Shown here: positions 36,556 through 50,159 of the stretch, piece after piece | Layout of the letters: the number at the start of each line of letters is the position of its first letter | Numbering within the stretch: position 1 is the first letter of the stretch | Assembly (NCBI RefSeq): GCF_000743755.1 | Contig: NW_014569544.1 | Coordinates: 1 to 64,000 of the forward strand | Origin: Blastocystis sp. subtype 4 | Taxonomy: Eukaryota | Direction of reading: 5' to 3' | Length of the DNA stretch: 64,000 nt | Notes under the pieces: model-generated | Told to the model about the DNA's origin: nothing | The model's input: the letters and a program-made list of their open reading frames with translations, nothing else | Databases searched by the model: none | Made by a program: the position numbers and the translations under genes

Positions 36556-38067
36556 ATGAAAAACGTAAGCATGATCATTAATGCCCGATGGGTGGTCCCC
36601 ATTGTTCCTGAGAACACGGTGTATGAGTTCTACTCCGTTGTGATTGATAATGGTGTCATCATCGATCTTCTTCCCACTACTGTATTTCTTTGATATATGG
36701 ATGTGATGTGTTAGGATGTTGCTCAGAAGTATACGGCAGATGTCGTAGTTGAGAGACCTACACATGTTGTAATGCCAGGACTAATCAATATGCACGCGCA
36801 TGCTGCTATGAGTCTTTTCAAGGCATTTAGCGATGACAAGGCCTTAGTTGACTGGCTTCGTATTTTAACTCTTTGAGGATCATTTCTAGAGAAGGATATC
36901 TGGCCCGCAGAAGCTGCTTTTGTAAGTCCTGAATTCTGTGTTGATGTACCATAACAATGGTATCCTAATTCATAGGGAACCAAGTTAGCCTGCGCGGAAA
37001 TGATTCGCAGTGGAACTACTTGCTACAACGACATGTACTTTGCCATTGAGGAAGCCGCTCGTACTTCCGTGGAAATTGGTATTCGATCCCAGCATGGTCT
37101 CGGTGTGTTTGGTTTCCCTACAAGTTGGGCTGCTTCTCCAGAAGCCTGTTTGATAAGAAATCGTGAGTTCCTTGACAAGTATAATCACACGAATCCTCTT
37201 GTGACGTATGCAGTTGCTCCTCATGCTCCGTATACTGTTCCTGAGAAGTATTTAATCGAGGCCAAAGCTCTGTGTGAAGAGAAGGGAGTCCTAATGCATA
37301 TGCATGTCCAGGAGTGTAAGGCAGAGCTGGATGACTCGGTAAGTGGAAAGCAATCCTCTTCTCGTCATATCTCAGATGCCTTGTGTTCACCTATTGAGGT
37401 CAGTGTGGATTGATTTAGTTATGCCTAGAATTTGGCAGCCAAGGGAGTTCTGCGTGATATGCTGTGTGCTCACTGTGTTCATGTTACGGACAAGGACATC
37501 GAGTTGTTGGCAGCCAATCACGCAACTGTCCTTCACAATCCTACAAGCAACCTGAAGTTGGCTAGTGGTATCGCTCCTGTACAACGCATGCTGGATGCAG
37601 GTGTGAATGTGTGTCTGGGAACGGACAGTGCATGTTCCAACAACAATTTGGATATGTTCTCAGAGATGCGTAATGCTGCTTTAGTGGGAAAGGTTGCTGC
37701 TAATGATGCCCGAGCTCTGAATGCTGTGACTGTACTCCGAATGGCAACTCTGAACGCTGCTAAGGGTCTTCATCTGGACCAGAAGATTGGATCTGTTGAA
37801 GTAGGTAAGGAGGCAGATCTGATTGCTGTGGATATGGACCATGTGGAGGTATGGCCTCTGGCGAACATTCTGTCGCATCTTGTCTATGCAACAGGAAGAG
37901 ATCAGTAAGAATGAGAAGAGGACATGAATCATAGAGTGACTGATGTTTGGGTCCATGGACAAGCTCTGATGACGGATCGTCAACTGACTACGCTGAAGAA
38001 GGAGGAATTGAGAGCGATTGGAGAGAAATGGGAGAAGATTCTGCGTGAGTTTAAGAGTCGTCAGTAG
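36556..38067 (+). CDS. Amidohydrolase, 5'-methylthioadenosine/S-adenosylhomocysteine deaminase (MtaD/TRZ-ATZ) family
   Basis: MPGLINMHAHAAMSLF, APHAPYTV, HMHVQE, AHCVH, HNPTSNLKLASG, LGTDSACSNNNLDM. Confidence 0.93.
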
Positions 38068-38483
38068 TGTGTTTGTTGAGGATTTCATGTATCTAACTCA
38101 TCTTGAAGTAGCAGCATTGAGGAATACCAACAAACGGATGAATATGGGTCTATATTATCAGCATTCATTGCATTTCAAGATTTGTTCCCTCAGAAATAAG
38201 GGCATTTTAAAATAGGGTCTTTATCAAATCTTTGTTATTGTTCTTGATCACTGCACTAATATTTAATAACGTTGTTTACTATATTATTCTATTTTCTAAT
38301 CTATTACCAGACTATATAGATTCTAGAATTATCTCTGACTCGCAATCATGTTTCTAGTTGTTTGTTCAATTTGTACTGAAAGTAATTCTGATAAATATAG
38401 TCTTTGCAAACACTCTGATGAGTACATTGATTCTCATTCTTTTCTTCCTTTCGAAGCAGTTCCTCCCTCTAGTTTCGTGAGAT

Positions 38484-39017
38484 ATGGCAGGTCGACGAAG
38501 GGATTGTGAGCCTCTTGTGAATATTGTAAATGTGAATGTCCTCGACAATCCCACCGTTGCAACAAACCCCTTCCAATTCGAGATTATATTCGAATCTTAC
38601 GTTGATCTGGAACAAGGTAAGTTGCAGTTCTCTTGCCATGACGAGATTAGATTTGGAATGGAGAATGACCTATATTGGAGACTATAGGACAACAGAAAGA
38701 GACCAACTTTTAGAATCTGTCCTTGTTGGACCTGTGACTCGAGGTACTCACAAGTTCTGTTTTCAAGTATTTGAAAATTGGATGTATTGGATGATCTATA
38801 GGCGAATGCTCCTGATTTCTCTCTCGTTCCGGAGGATTGTATTCTTGGAATGACAATTGTCTTCATTACTTGCTATTATCGGTCTCGAGAATTTATTCGA
38901 ATAGGCTATTATGTGAGTAATACTTGTGAGTCCCATTTGATGGATGTTTCAGGTATTCAACGGGAAATCCTTGCGAGCCAACCACGAGTAACACATACCC
39001 CTATTTGTTGGGAATAA
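38484..39017 (+). CDS. ASF1: Histone chaperone Asf1
   Basis: VNIVNVNVLDNP...PFQFEIIFE, DLEWRMTYIG, DQLLESVLVGPV, EFIRIGYYV, PRVTHTPICWE. Confidence 0.95.
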
Positions 39018-39062
39018 GGTCTGTACCATAGTTTTGGGGTTGTTTGATTGCAACAAACAAAT

Positions 39063-41729
39063 TTAACATGTCTTCTATTACCTGTCTCCAAAACCTCTCT
39101 ATGCTGTTACATATGCAGTCATGAATTGAGGGACAAATCACAAATCAAAGTCCACACCCAATGATCAACTCTTTCTCCACGATTGGAAACCAAATAGCCA
39201 CATCCAAATGCTATCCGGTGTGATTGTGTGGAAACTAGAATAATTCACTCCTTCTTACCATTTAACTCTTTCTCTGTCCTTTGTTGAAAGGGAAATAATA
39301 AACTCTAAGAATGAATGGCTTTGACCCTATTATTGAATTATGGATACTCTATGACCCAATTATGAACAATTGTGTTTTCATCAAACATGAGTTAAGCAGA
39401 GACAATGCACATGGATATTAAATGACACAAGTACTATAACACAATATTACGTTCATCTTTCATCCTTGATCACCTGTTAATCGAAAAGGAGACATAGTCC
39501 TATGAATAACTTCCACGATCATAATAGACCTCTGTAATCGATCACTTGAGCTTTCTCTGGAATGACTATGAATTGACAAACTGCTTCCAACTCGTGAATA
39601 CAAGTTTGAAGTAGACTGAGAGGAAGACCGGCTACCGAAAGGATCATTAGGAGACTAGATCATTAAATCCTTGTATTTTCATACTCCTGATAAGCGAGTA
39701 GAATTACTCACATTCCGACTGTGTATTCCAAATAACTAGAACTTAGTTCAATTGGTGAATAGTACAGACGAATTCAACATTGAGGGAGAATCATCTTCAC
39801 CATTAACAGAAATAGCCGAAAATGATGGCAGATTGTCAAAAGCAACACTTCGAAAGGGATCTCTCGATTGATGTGGATCTGGAGTTTACCCAGTATCTCT
39901 CGCTTACTTAGCACATAGTATTGATGGTGATTATCCTTATCAATATGAACAGGACAACGAGGATCATCTTTCAAATGATTGAAAGATACACAAATAGCAA
40001 TCATATAACGAATCAGACTCTCTTCATCATTACAGAATGTATGAGACCCTGCAATATCTAATCTCTTAGTGTACAGTTCATAATATATACTATCAAAGAC
40101 CCCTCGAAATGGTAAATAACCGCGGATCTCAACTTCATATCGCAAAGGAGCTGGAATATGAGAAACGAAGCCAGAATTTACCTGTATCCTTGACCACTGT
40201 CTCTTTAAGAGGCAATCGATTCATCAAAGCAACCAAATTCCTCCATAACCGTTGTTCCACATCGAGAAAGAGAGTTAGATTGGAGGTTGAACAGAATGAT
40301 GCTTCTGAAGCCATGTACTGATGAATGAATGAATGATAGTACGTCTTACCTTGGGTCGAAAACCATCAGCCTTCTGTAACTCCAACCACATCATGAAGAG
40401 ACGAATTGTAGCCATGTGACGAGTGGAGCCATCTACAATGAGAATGGAGAAATATGATTACTTGATTCAGAGAGAGTATGAATGAAAACTCGCGTAATGA
40501 GATTCATTAAGCACAGCCATCCATTTAAACATGAATCACTCAATATTCCACTCTGAGATGATTCTAGCAATGAATCACATGATGTCAATAGTACCTTTAT
40601 CAGCTCCATTATTCCATAAATTGCATGCAGCAAATATAGCAATCATAATTACACGAAACACAAATTGTGTACTGAGTGCATCATATCTCAATAGAACATC
40701 TATCTTAAATCCTCTTCAAAACTACCTACCAAATAACTGTAGACAGTTTACCATTAACGAATTAAAACGAATTGCATCACCAACTCCATCACACAATACA
40801 TGCATCAATTCGATAAACAATTTCGTAAAAGCCTATTTAATCAAAGTATCTCTCTTCTTACAGTCACTCCTTCTTTCTTTGAATGAGGCTCCATAATCAG
40901 AGAAGACATGCTCTTCTCATTCTTCGAGAATAGGACACGGAGGTTCTTAAGAGCCGGTGCAAATGGTGATGAACAAGCAATTGATCGAATATACCGATAA
41001 ACAGCGAGAATGTCGGCATTAGAATTCACAGCTAGAACAGCTAATTGATGATGTCCTATTCCGCTCCCTGAATCCAGTGCAATCACTTGTTTGTATGCAC
41101 TTTCAGCCTTTTCGAAATTAGGAATGGTTCCTTGCGGAACGGAATATTGGGCCTCATATCGATACAAATCTCCAATATGAATAAACAGATTGCACGTTAT
41201 TATAACCTTCGTCTTTTGAGAGAAACGGGTTGAAGACGAACTGGAAGGTGTTCTAGATTGGTCAATCGCTGGAATATCCTTTAGTTGACGATATACAGAC
41301 ACATAATAATCCAACGCTCGTTGAATGAGTTCCAAGAGTTTACTTGGATTCTAAAAGTGAACAATTTGACAAAAACCAACAGCATCCAGTTGAGATTTTG
41401 TAAGATCTTTAATTTTGGCACGTTCGGACTCGATTGGCTTGTAAAAGCAATCTCGCCACACAATCGAGTCTAATCCAGTTTCCAAGTAGTAACTAGGATC
41501 GCTCACCAAAGCGCGATAACAAGCCTTTTCCATCCTACTTGTCATTCTCCAAAACAAGGAATACCATCGTTGAATTCGAGTAATCTTATCAGCATTCTCT
41601 GCAGGATTCTTATTCAGGTCCCGCAACACTTTCTGATACTTCGTCAAATCCCTACATATGAAATCAAAGAATAGGACTATACTCCCGAAATTTTGTACGA
41701 TCCAGCAATTCTGTAGGCACGGTAGACAT
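39063..41729 (-). CDS. EST1/SMG5-6-7 family protein (NMD/telomerase-associated)
   Basis: LFIHIGDLYRY, AYKQVIALDSGSGIGHHQLAVLA, AVYRYIRSIACSSPFAPALKNLRVLF; 3' end approximate. Confidence 0.8.
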
Positions 41730-42006
41730 ATTAACTAACACCATTACAACGATTTCGATAGATATGTACCAAATCCTCTTTTCTATTCTCCTTTAGATAG
41801 ATAACAAGATATGGAATCTTATGGATATTTGTTACCCAATTCTCGTTAAAGGAGAATGAGAAAAGAGTTGTCATGCCAGTCATGACAATTTGTCATTTCC
41901 ATTTTTATTATTCGCAAACGTATGGGGAGAATAAGAAACAGATGATATGATAGTACGAATGCCAAGAAGAGGAATCAACTGATGATTTGGAAACAAACAG
42001 CTTTCA

Positions 42007-43672
42007 TCATTTACGAGTAGAATCCACATCTTGACACTCCCTCATCACGATCTCGTACATCTTCAGAGCACTCACAAATCGCTTCTTTAATGCTGCTTCC
42101 ATAACACCGACTGATGGAAAAGGTTCCTTTCCACACCGTTTCCGCACAACATCTGAGAGGTTCTTAATATCCTGATTACTTTGAATGGAAGCTAGTACAA
42201 TATCCGAAGCTAGACAGTCAATATCCATATAAGGTGCGAGAGACTGCAATGGATCATTTACCTTCTCTTGTCCTTGTAGGAATCCTACAAATTGCGGATT
42301 CAAGCGAATTTGATCATCCAATCGCAATGACGGATGGTCTGTGCATAGCAAGCCACAACACTGAAGTACGATACAGATCAGATGAACATGGCGAAGAAAA
42401 GCTAGAAATGATAAAACTATTGTGATTGGACCTTTGGGAGACCGTGGATAGATTTCCTTGGTTACTTCCTGTAATGAGAACGATTCATGCAGGATGGCTT
42501 TGCGCAGGAGGAGGTGGGTTAAATGGATTAAGCAACTATCAGTATTCAATTCCGCACTCCAAGTTCTGTCCTTGATATCATCCACTATAGACTTTTGTAG
42601 GACTGGAATAGATTCAGTTGATTGGAAAGACGAGTCCTGTTTACTCAACTTATGTGGGTTCCGTTGAGAATGGTCTATATCCGATTTTTGTGTGAGTCGA
42701 GATGGTAGAGAACTAGGTAAGATTCGGGACCGTGTTATTTCAGATGGTTCGTCAGATCGATATGGTACATCATAATGAGGAGGATAAACAACAAAAGGAT
42801 ATCCAGAATCCTCTTCTCGACAATAAGCTCCATGAATCCACATTGAAGAAGGAGTTTTAACTTTCCAATCCCGAATTCTTACTTCAGTTCCTTCTGTGTC
42901 TAAAAGTGATGGGATTGAGTCCATAGGAGGTTTTGCTGTTAGAACAGATACAATACTCACAGATTCCTCCAACTTAGAATAGTTAGTTTTCTGATGATCC
43001 AGAAGGATCGATAGAATTGATTGATAAGACTGAACAACGTATTCTGAGTCACTAGTTGATAGAACTCCCGATGTTACAAGGATCTACAGATGAACGAGTT
43101 CCATCTCCTATACCGAACAGACATCACGAGCACATAACTGAGGTATGGAATGAAGTGTCGAGAGAGTTTGAAGAGAAAACTGATTGCCCACAGCACGACT
43201 CTTGATATCCTTACAAATACTACAATTGACATCTAGAGGAACCACCCACCGAACAATTCCATCGTAACAGACTTCTCGGATAAAGGAGCATCCATCAACA
43301 TCATGAGGTGAGCTCATCAGATTCTTCTGTTCAGTCAGTTTATCCATATAAATAGCAATCGGACTGGGAGCCTCTGGGAGCGGAGGACAAGGGAGTCGTG
43401 TTGGTTGCGTTCGTTTGAGTGATTTCTTTTTTGTGGTAGGAGGAGAATAGTCCTCGTCCTTTAACTTCTTCTTCCCTTGCACTAGAGAGTGTTTCAGACT
43501 CAACATACATCTAGCAGCATACAATCTTGTTGGAGAGACTTCTGATACTGAAATGCCGTCAATCTAATGCGAATATTCCCAAGAACAAACTCGTTACCTT
43601 TGACATCTCTAAGAGATCTGAAGAAATAGCTTCTGCAGGTTGTTGTTGGTGTATAGGAGTCTGATTTTCCAT
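42007..43672 (-). CDS. Hypothetical protein
   Basis: ATG at 43672 (MENQTPIH...) splices in frame into ORF 43108..43524, then on to ORF 42007..42972; TGA TGA followed by TGTTTGTT. Confidence 0.6.
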
Positions 43673-43820
43673 TCAATTCCAAACAATGAAAAAAAGCACT
43701 CGATCCCCTAGAACAGCTGTAGAAATGATAGCAATGTACAAGATTGTACAGTGAATGATCTGCTCTTCCGTTTTTAACCGATGAGGTCCGAATAAGAGAG
43801 ATTAATCCCTCTGAAACGGA

Positions 43821-43838
43821 TTGGCGCCAATTTGGCGG
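43821..43838. promoter_or_regulatory. Palindromic E2F-like element in a divergent intergenic region
   Basis: TTGGCGCCAATTTGGCGG; core CGCCAATTTGGC recurs at 45966-45977. Confidence 0.4.
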
Positions 43839-43925
43839 CTTGCGAATAAAATGGTATTCATATGATACTAAATGGGAAAATAGCAATAGGGGTGTATTGA
43901 AGAGAAAAAACGAAAGAGGTGGTGA

Positions 43926-45535
43926 TGTATAGTGAACAACGAATTACGACAATTGTATGGATGAATCCAACTGAACTTAAACAATACGTGAATAGTTTCC
44001 CTCCATCTTCAGAATGCCGTTTCTCGATCCTGTTAACTACCAGTTTGATACTTCGCTATCTCTAGAAGCATTTAGTATTAATCAATTTACAATCTGTTCG
44101 AATGGTCATGATTTGTGTGCTTCGATGTTTGTAAATTGTCTCATTGACCAGAACTATCTTGCAGCAACATTTGAAGAAAACAAGATTGTTATTCTCGTTC
44201 CGGTTTCTTGTACTGAAGTCAACTTACATATAGAACGAATCGAATACCTGCTTCAAATCGGAAGACATAAGTAGAGCATGCCATCGAATAGCAGAAAAGA
44301 ATCATATCCTATTATCAAAAGATGATGTGTGTTCTTCTCCTTCTATTCAACATTTAAGTATTGAATATTGTTTCTTTGCTATCTTAGATGAGTGTGTAAA
44401 GAGATGGATCCTTCGGAAACTATGTTGTGTATTTCATTATCAACAATCAGGAGAGTATCTCCTTTCATTTGAGCACTGGAATGCTGGATCTCACTCAGTT
44501 CCGACATGTCGATCCTTCTGTGATGCATTGAAGTAGTGATTTCATTATATCATCATTCAAGACTGGATACTCGTTTTCAGTACGATGATTCTCATCTAAC
44601 TTTCCTTTTATTCTGTATTCCTGTTGTATTTCGGTTCATTCCTTGTTCTTCTTCCAGTTCAGAAGCCCTTTTCCTCCCTACTCACGAATACTATACCATA
44701 GATCAAGTTATAACAACTTTGCATATTCCACTGACACCTCTTTCGATCGTAGACTCATTCATGACTCCATAAATAGAATAATAAGCAAAGAGGGTTCGAG
44801 TCTTATCTTCCCACAACAAAGGAACAAACCATTGCATACTATCTCAATTATGTATCATCATTCCTCTCATTCTATCTAGTATAATTGGACCTGTGATGAG
44901 ATTACCACTGAGTGGTCCTTGATATCCCAACCTCATCATCATTCAGGTCAGTTTGTACCTAGTTCTCTTCTTGCACTCACAATGAATGTGGAATCTGTTT
45001 GTTCATTTCTATCTAGATGTCCTATTCGTTAACAATGGACCATTCTCAGCGCATTCTTCAGTCGATAACATCGCAAATCCCATCAATCCTCCCTTATGTC
45101 TCAACTCATAGTAAGATCATACACATTCCTACAAGCTATGTTTCTGCAAAGACCCTTATTTCGAATCCAAGTACTCATCGCATTCAATGTGAGGAGCCAA
45201 AGCCATGTATCAAGCTTCAGATCCCAAAGAAATCTTCTCAAAAGAATGTGAAGAAAATGCCAACACCTCCATCACCAATTCTTCTCGAACCTCAATCACG
45301 TCCTACTCCGATAGATTCTTCACAAAAACGAGTGAAAATGAATCCTACGGTTCAGGAAGTGATTGTTGACACTAATACAAGTGTAATTGAGACCAAAATC
45401 CCTGATTTGGCTCGTGAGAACAAATTGGATACAGCAACCATCCCTGAACTGAAGGCATATCTCAAAAGCAAGAATCAGAAGGTATCAGGAAAAAAGAGTG
45501 ACTTGGTTGCTCGTGTCCAATCACTTCTTGTATAG
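43926..45535 (+). CDS. C-terminal SAP-domain protein, possibly C18orf63/DUF4708-like
   Basis: KLDTATIPELKAYLKSKNQKVSGKKSDLVARVQ (SAP-like); upstream multi-exon region only loosely resembles DUF4708. Confidence 0.5.
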
Positions 45536-47187
45536 TTTGTTTCTTATCGAAGATAGTGAATTCAATAGAATGAGATACAACAATTCCAGTCATTCTTGTG
45601 AAATGTAATAAGACTAATAACACAAAACATTGAACAGAATATCAACATCCCAATCATTTCGATAATGAGAAGTCATTTTCATTATACGAAAGAGTTCTGT
45701 GTCAATTATCCATAACTTTGAACAGAAAAATGAATCCATTATAGTGTATTTCATTCCATCTTATTCAGCATTCATAATTGTTCAACAATTCACTCTCAAC
45801 ACTTCAGATAATGATATTCGATATTATTTCACATCAACATCATTGTTCCAGAATGATATGACTCTCAATCAAATTGCAGTTACCAATTGTGATATTGAAT
45901 AGTGCATCTTACTGAAAGAAATAATAGCATTGGAAGATAATAAGACAATCTTTGGTTTAATCACCCGCCAATTTGGCTCGAAATTGTGTTAGTGTAGTAA
46001 AAATGATCGTTAAGCTATGTTGTCATTTTTGAGAATGTCTGTATAGCTACTCAGGGTTGGAGGCCCATGTTAGAGACGGGTTATCTGTACAATAGTTGTA
46101 CATGATTTATGCCAATTATTACACTTAAATATAGGAACCAATAGAATATCCTGGATGTCAATAGTAGTAGAATTACCATTGAAACAAGGAACTGAAGAGT
46201 ATTCATATAGGTTGAAGCTGTTTCTGTCTTGTAAGAAGTCATATCAAGACGCTGGAACGGTTTACAGCAATTACAACAGTCCTTCCATTGATTCCACACA
46301 CTGGAGGTTTAAGAAAGTACCTTCAGTATCCAGAATTAGGTCCAGTAATTCGATGGAGGCATAGTTTCCTTAATCGTGAATTCCATAGTATGTGATACTG
46401 GTGTATGACTAAATACGATACCATTCCCAATTGGATAGGAAGGGTTATCTAAATCAGCAGTTAGAATACCATAAGTGAAGGAAATGGAGAAAAAGCCATA
46501 CGAAGAATAGATCCAAGATAAGGCTTTGGCAGGATTATGAAACTAGCACTTGTCACATATACCTCATTAGGTATAACACAGGAAAAGTTTGTAATAATAT
46601 TACATGGGTTGAATATGATTGTGTGTCATCTCTGATAATCCCTCATTCAACATATCTTGTTTTCATCATCATTCATACACTCTATCAACACCTCCTATTC
46701 ACAACACATTCAACTATCCACACATTCTCTGAGGGATAGTACTGTGATGAATAGATGAATAATAAGAAGAGGACTGTTTAAAGAGTGTTTGAATGATGTG
46801 AAGATAGAGTTGAGATCCAATGGTGAATAGTTGACACTTATGAAGTGTATGAAACATTGTGAGACAGTATGAATGGATACAATGATTTCAATGAGATATG
46901 GAAATACTGCTTATAGTTCTCTTCATTATCCAGATAGTAGACGAATATGACTCACTGATAAACAGGAATGAGATCCTGAATGACACCACTGTTGATACTC
47001 ATTCTTTAAACACATTGTATTCATTTCAATAGATACAAAACATCAATATCGATCATCTACCATTCTCCATATTGAATGAAAGTATCTGAATAACAATAAC
47101 CACCTAATTAGGTGCTTCCAAAAATAGTTCCTATTTGGTTATCTCATTACTTCTCTATTATCAGAAGGTGAATTCGCTTGTTTTGGT

Positions 47188-50126
47188 ATGTTAACAACGA
47201 TATTGAGGCATTCAACTACCTCGATTCGATCCTCCTTGATGATGGTACCGCGAAGACGTCAAATTAGTCTCGGTGGTCTTCGTACACTCAATTTAGCAGT
47301 TTTTCAAGTCCCTTTAATTCATTTCTATGGTTCGGTTCGATGGATGTCAACGAAACGTAGTCCAAAGGTAAATAGCTTATCCAAGTCGAAAGACAGTGAA
47401 GTGGATTATGATAGCTTACTGAAGAATGGAAAGCCAGACTTCAGTCCTCTCCCTGTGTTATCAAAAAGTGATATTGCAAAGATTACAACGACTGATGTTG
47501 GAAGTAAGAATTTGAATATAACAGAACGTGATTTGGTGGAAATTGACTCGCTTTCAACTCAACTCTTTGATATGTTGAATATGCCCTTCTCAGAAGACAC
47601 TCTCTTGGATATCAAGGAGATGAATGTAGACAAATTGTTTAACAAGGTAAAAGATACACTGCATGTGGATAACTTACCTGCTACGATCAAAGCAATGCGT
47701 GTTCTTTCGGCACAAGATCGTGTAGATGATGCATTGTTCCTTTGGAAAATCATCCAGCAGGATCCAAGGCAATGTACTCTATTCGCATGGACAGCATATT
47801 TGTCGGTTTTATGTAATCATGGAAAAACAGAATTGGCAAGAGAAACAATTAAGGATATGGTGTTGTCAGGAGTGAAACCGGATGAGTACATATATGGTAT
47901 TATTGTACATGGGCTGGTTAAGGAAGGTAAATTGGATGATGCATATGCTGTATCACGGGAAATGATGAAAACTGGAATGCGTCCTAATAATGTCATATTT
48001 TCATCATTAATTGGTGGCTGTATCCAAAGGCATCAATTAGCTCGAGCTGATGAGACATTTGATTTGATGCGGAATTACATCGAGGAACCAGATGCAATTA
48101 CTCTAGCATTGATGATCAAAGTGAGTGAAATGCAACACAATACCGAACGAGCTATCACCCTCTTTGACTCCATATCGATACATGATCAAACTCCAACAGC
48201 GGGATGTTATCTAGCAATTATGCATGCTTGTGCTCATAGCTGGAGATATGATGTGATGGCATTTGATTACTACAAGAAGATGTTGGTTGCTGGTTTTTCT
48301 CCTTCATTGCAAGCATATCACATTCTTCTTGAAGCCTGTACTCAACACGGTGATTTCGTCAGAGCGAATAACGTGCTGATGGAATTACAAGATCAGGGTT
48401 ATAAGCCAACCTCACAGACAATGACATTAGTACTTAAAGTGTTAGCTACGTCGATTGATGGTGATTTGGTATTACCTGAGCATCCCGCGGGAAATCGTCG
48501 ATTTACACGGAAGGAGTATGAAGAGTGGAAACGAGGAGTTCCTGTGGCTAGGAAGAAAGACCGTTTGGATTATGTGCGAGAATTGCGTACTCGAGAGATT
48601 GATGATGGATTGGGACCAGATTCAAACGATGAAGTTGAAGATGAAGATGAAGAGAACTCACAAGGAAGTTCAGATTTTGAATTAACTCCAATAGAGGAGA
48701 AGAAGGATCTGATAAATGAGGAGTTGGTTAAGAAGATTGCTACCACAAAGGTTGTTGGCTCTGGTCGAACTCGTGGTCTGACGGAAAAGGAAATGTTGGG
48801 GGATGTAGAAAAACAAGAAGAGTCGTTGCCATTGGATATCCGAACAGCAGTCGAGCGTGTGGTGACTGAACGATATTCACCCGAATTGATGAAGAAAGAT
48901 GCTGCGAATGGAGTACTGCAACGAGCTATGAATCAAACTTTGACCGATGAACGAGATCCCGGAGCTGTGCCAAGAAGTATGCTAGCCTCATTAGAACAGA
49001 CTACACGAAGTCAAATCGAGGCATTGTATCGAGAGAAAGGTGGTGATACAAGTCAGATCGACTATTCATCATCACTATGGCAGGATTGTGTGAATCAGGT
49101 CCTTCAAGAGAATCCCTCTCTAAGGAGAGATATGAAGGCTCTGGTGAGACAAAAGTTTGGGGTCACATCTCTAATAGGTTTGGAGTTATTAGAAAGAAAA
49201 GAGAAGGCAGATCAGGAATTCCAGAAAGAGATCCAATTTCTACGCAAATGTTTTGAGGGGGATGAACATCAGGCCCAACAACTCACCCAACTGCGTCTGG
49301 CAAAGGAGATAAATGAATCAATCTTGGATCAGTATGATTTAATCAGGAAAGCAGAGCCAAGCATGGTGTATCGTAGAGTAGGAATGGATCTGTGTGTTCA
49401 TATCTAGCAAACAAACTTCACACAACTCACAGTACCCAATCAAATTCGTGATTTGGAGGAGTATTGGGAAAGACTATATAACCGCGATTCTTCGGTACCA
49501 GCGCTGAAAACATGGGCAATAAAGGAAGGAGATGCACTTTGGAAGCAGGTTCTAGAAATGACAGATAACAAGCCAAAAGTGGTGGATTTGAACAGCTATT
49601 TGGCAATTTATACAAATGCCCGCTTTTTGAATCGTTCCCGCGGGATTTTTGATTCTTTTGAAGTGAATGATTGAAGATAGAATGATGATTAGAAATATGG
49701 CCAACAGCCTGATGAGTATTCATATCATCTAATCATTCGAATGTATGCAAAAGCGAAACGAATGTCAGAAGCAGCATCATTATTGAAGGAGATGCAAGCA
49801 AAAGGAATGACCCCAGCTCCAGAGACATTTGGAGAGATGTTAATTGGATTAGCACGAGTGAATGATGTGAATCGAGCCTTGGTTCTCATGACATATATCA
49901 AACAGCATAATCTCCCTATGCCAAAGGAGAGATATTTACGTCCATTACGAATGCGATTGAATGTAAGAATGAAGTAGGAAATGAAGTGTAGGTGTTGGGT
50001 ATGAGTGATCATCCTTCCATGCCTGAAGATAAAGAGGCTACTTGGAGAAAAGCTTATCGAGAATCAGTTAGAAAGGATGGAAAGAAGGGAAATTCTCTTG
50101 TTCAACATGTTGCTAATCTATTTTAG
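47188..50126 (+). CDS. Pentatricopeptide-repeat protein with probable mitochondrial (MRO) targeting peptide
   Basis: Arg/Ser-rich acid-free N-terminus; 35-aa repeats (GVKPDEYIYGIIVHGL, GMRPNNVIFSSLIGGC, QPDEYSYHLIIRMY, GMTPAPETFGEML). Confidence 0.9.
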
Positions 50127-50159
50127 AATGTATTTGTTGAATAATAGAACAAACATATG

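Noticed and set aside
43500..43886. Minus-strand ORF of 128 aa in the ORF track
   Set aside because: The gene is better explained by ATG 43672 in another frame, which splices cleanly to the next exon
44304..44312. ATATCCTAT, resembling an AT-AC donor
   Set aside because: Translates in frame (NHILLSKDD) and no AC acceptor or branch site is needed
46744..46790. TGATGA, possible C/D snoRNA box C
   Set aside because: No convincing terminal stem, box D or rRNA-complementary guide could be identified by eye
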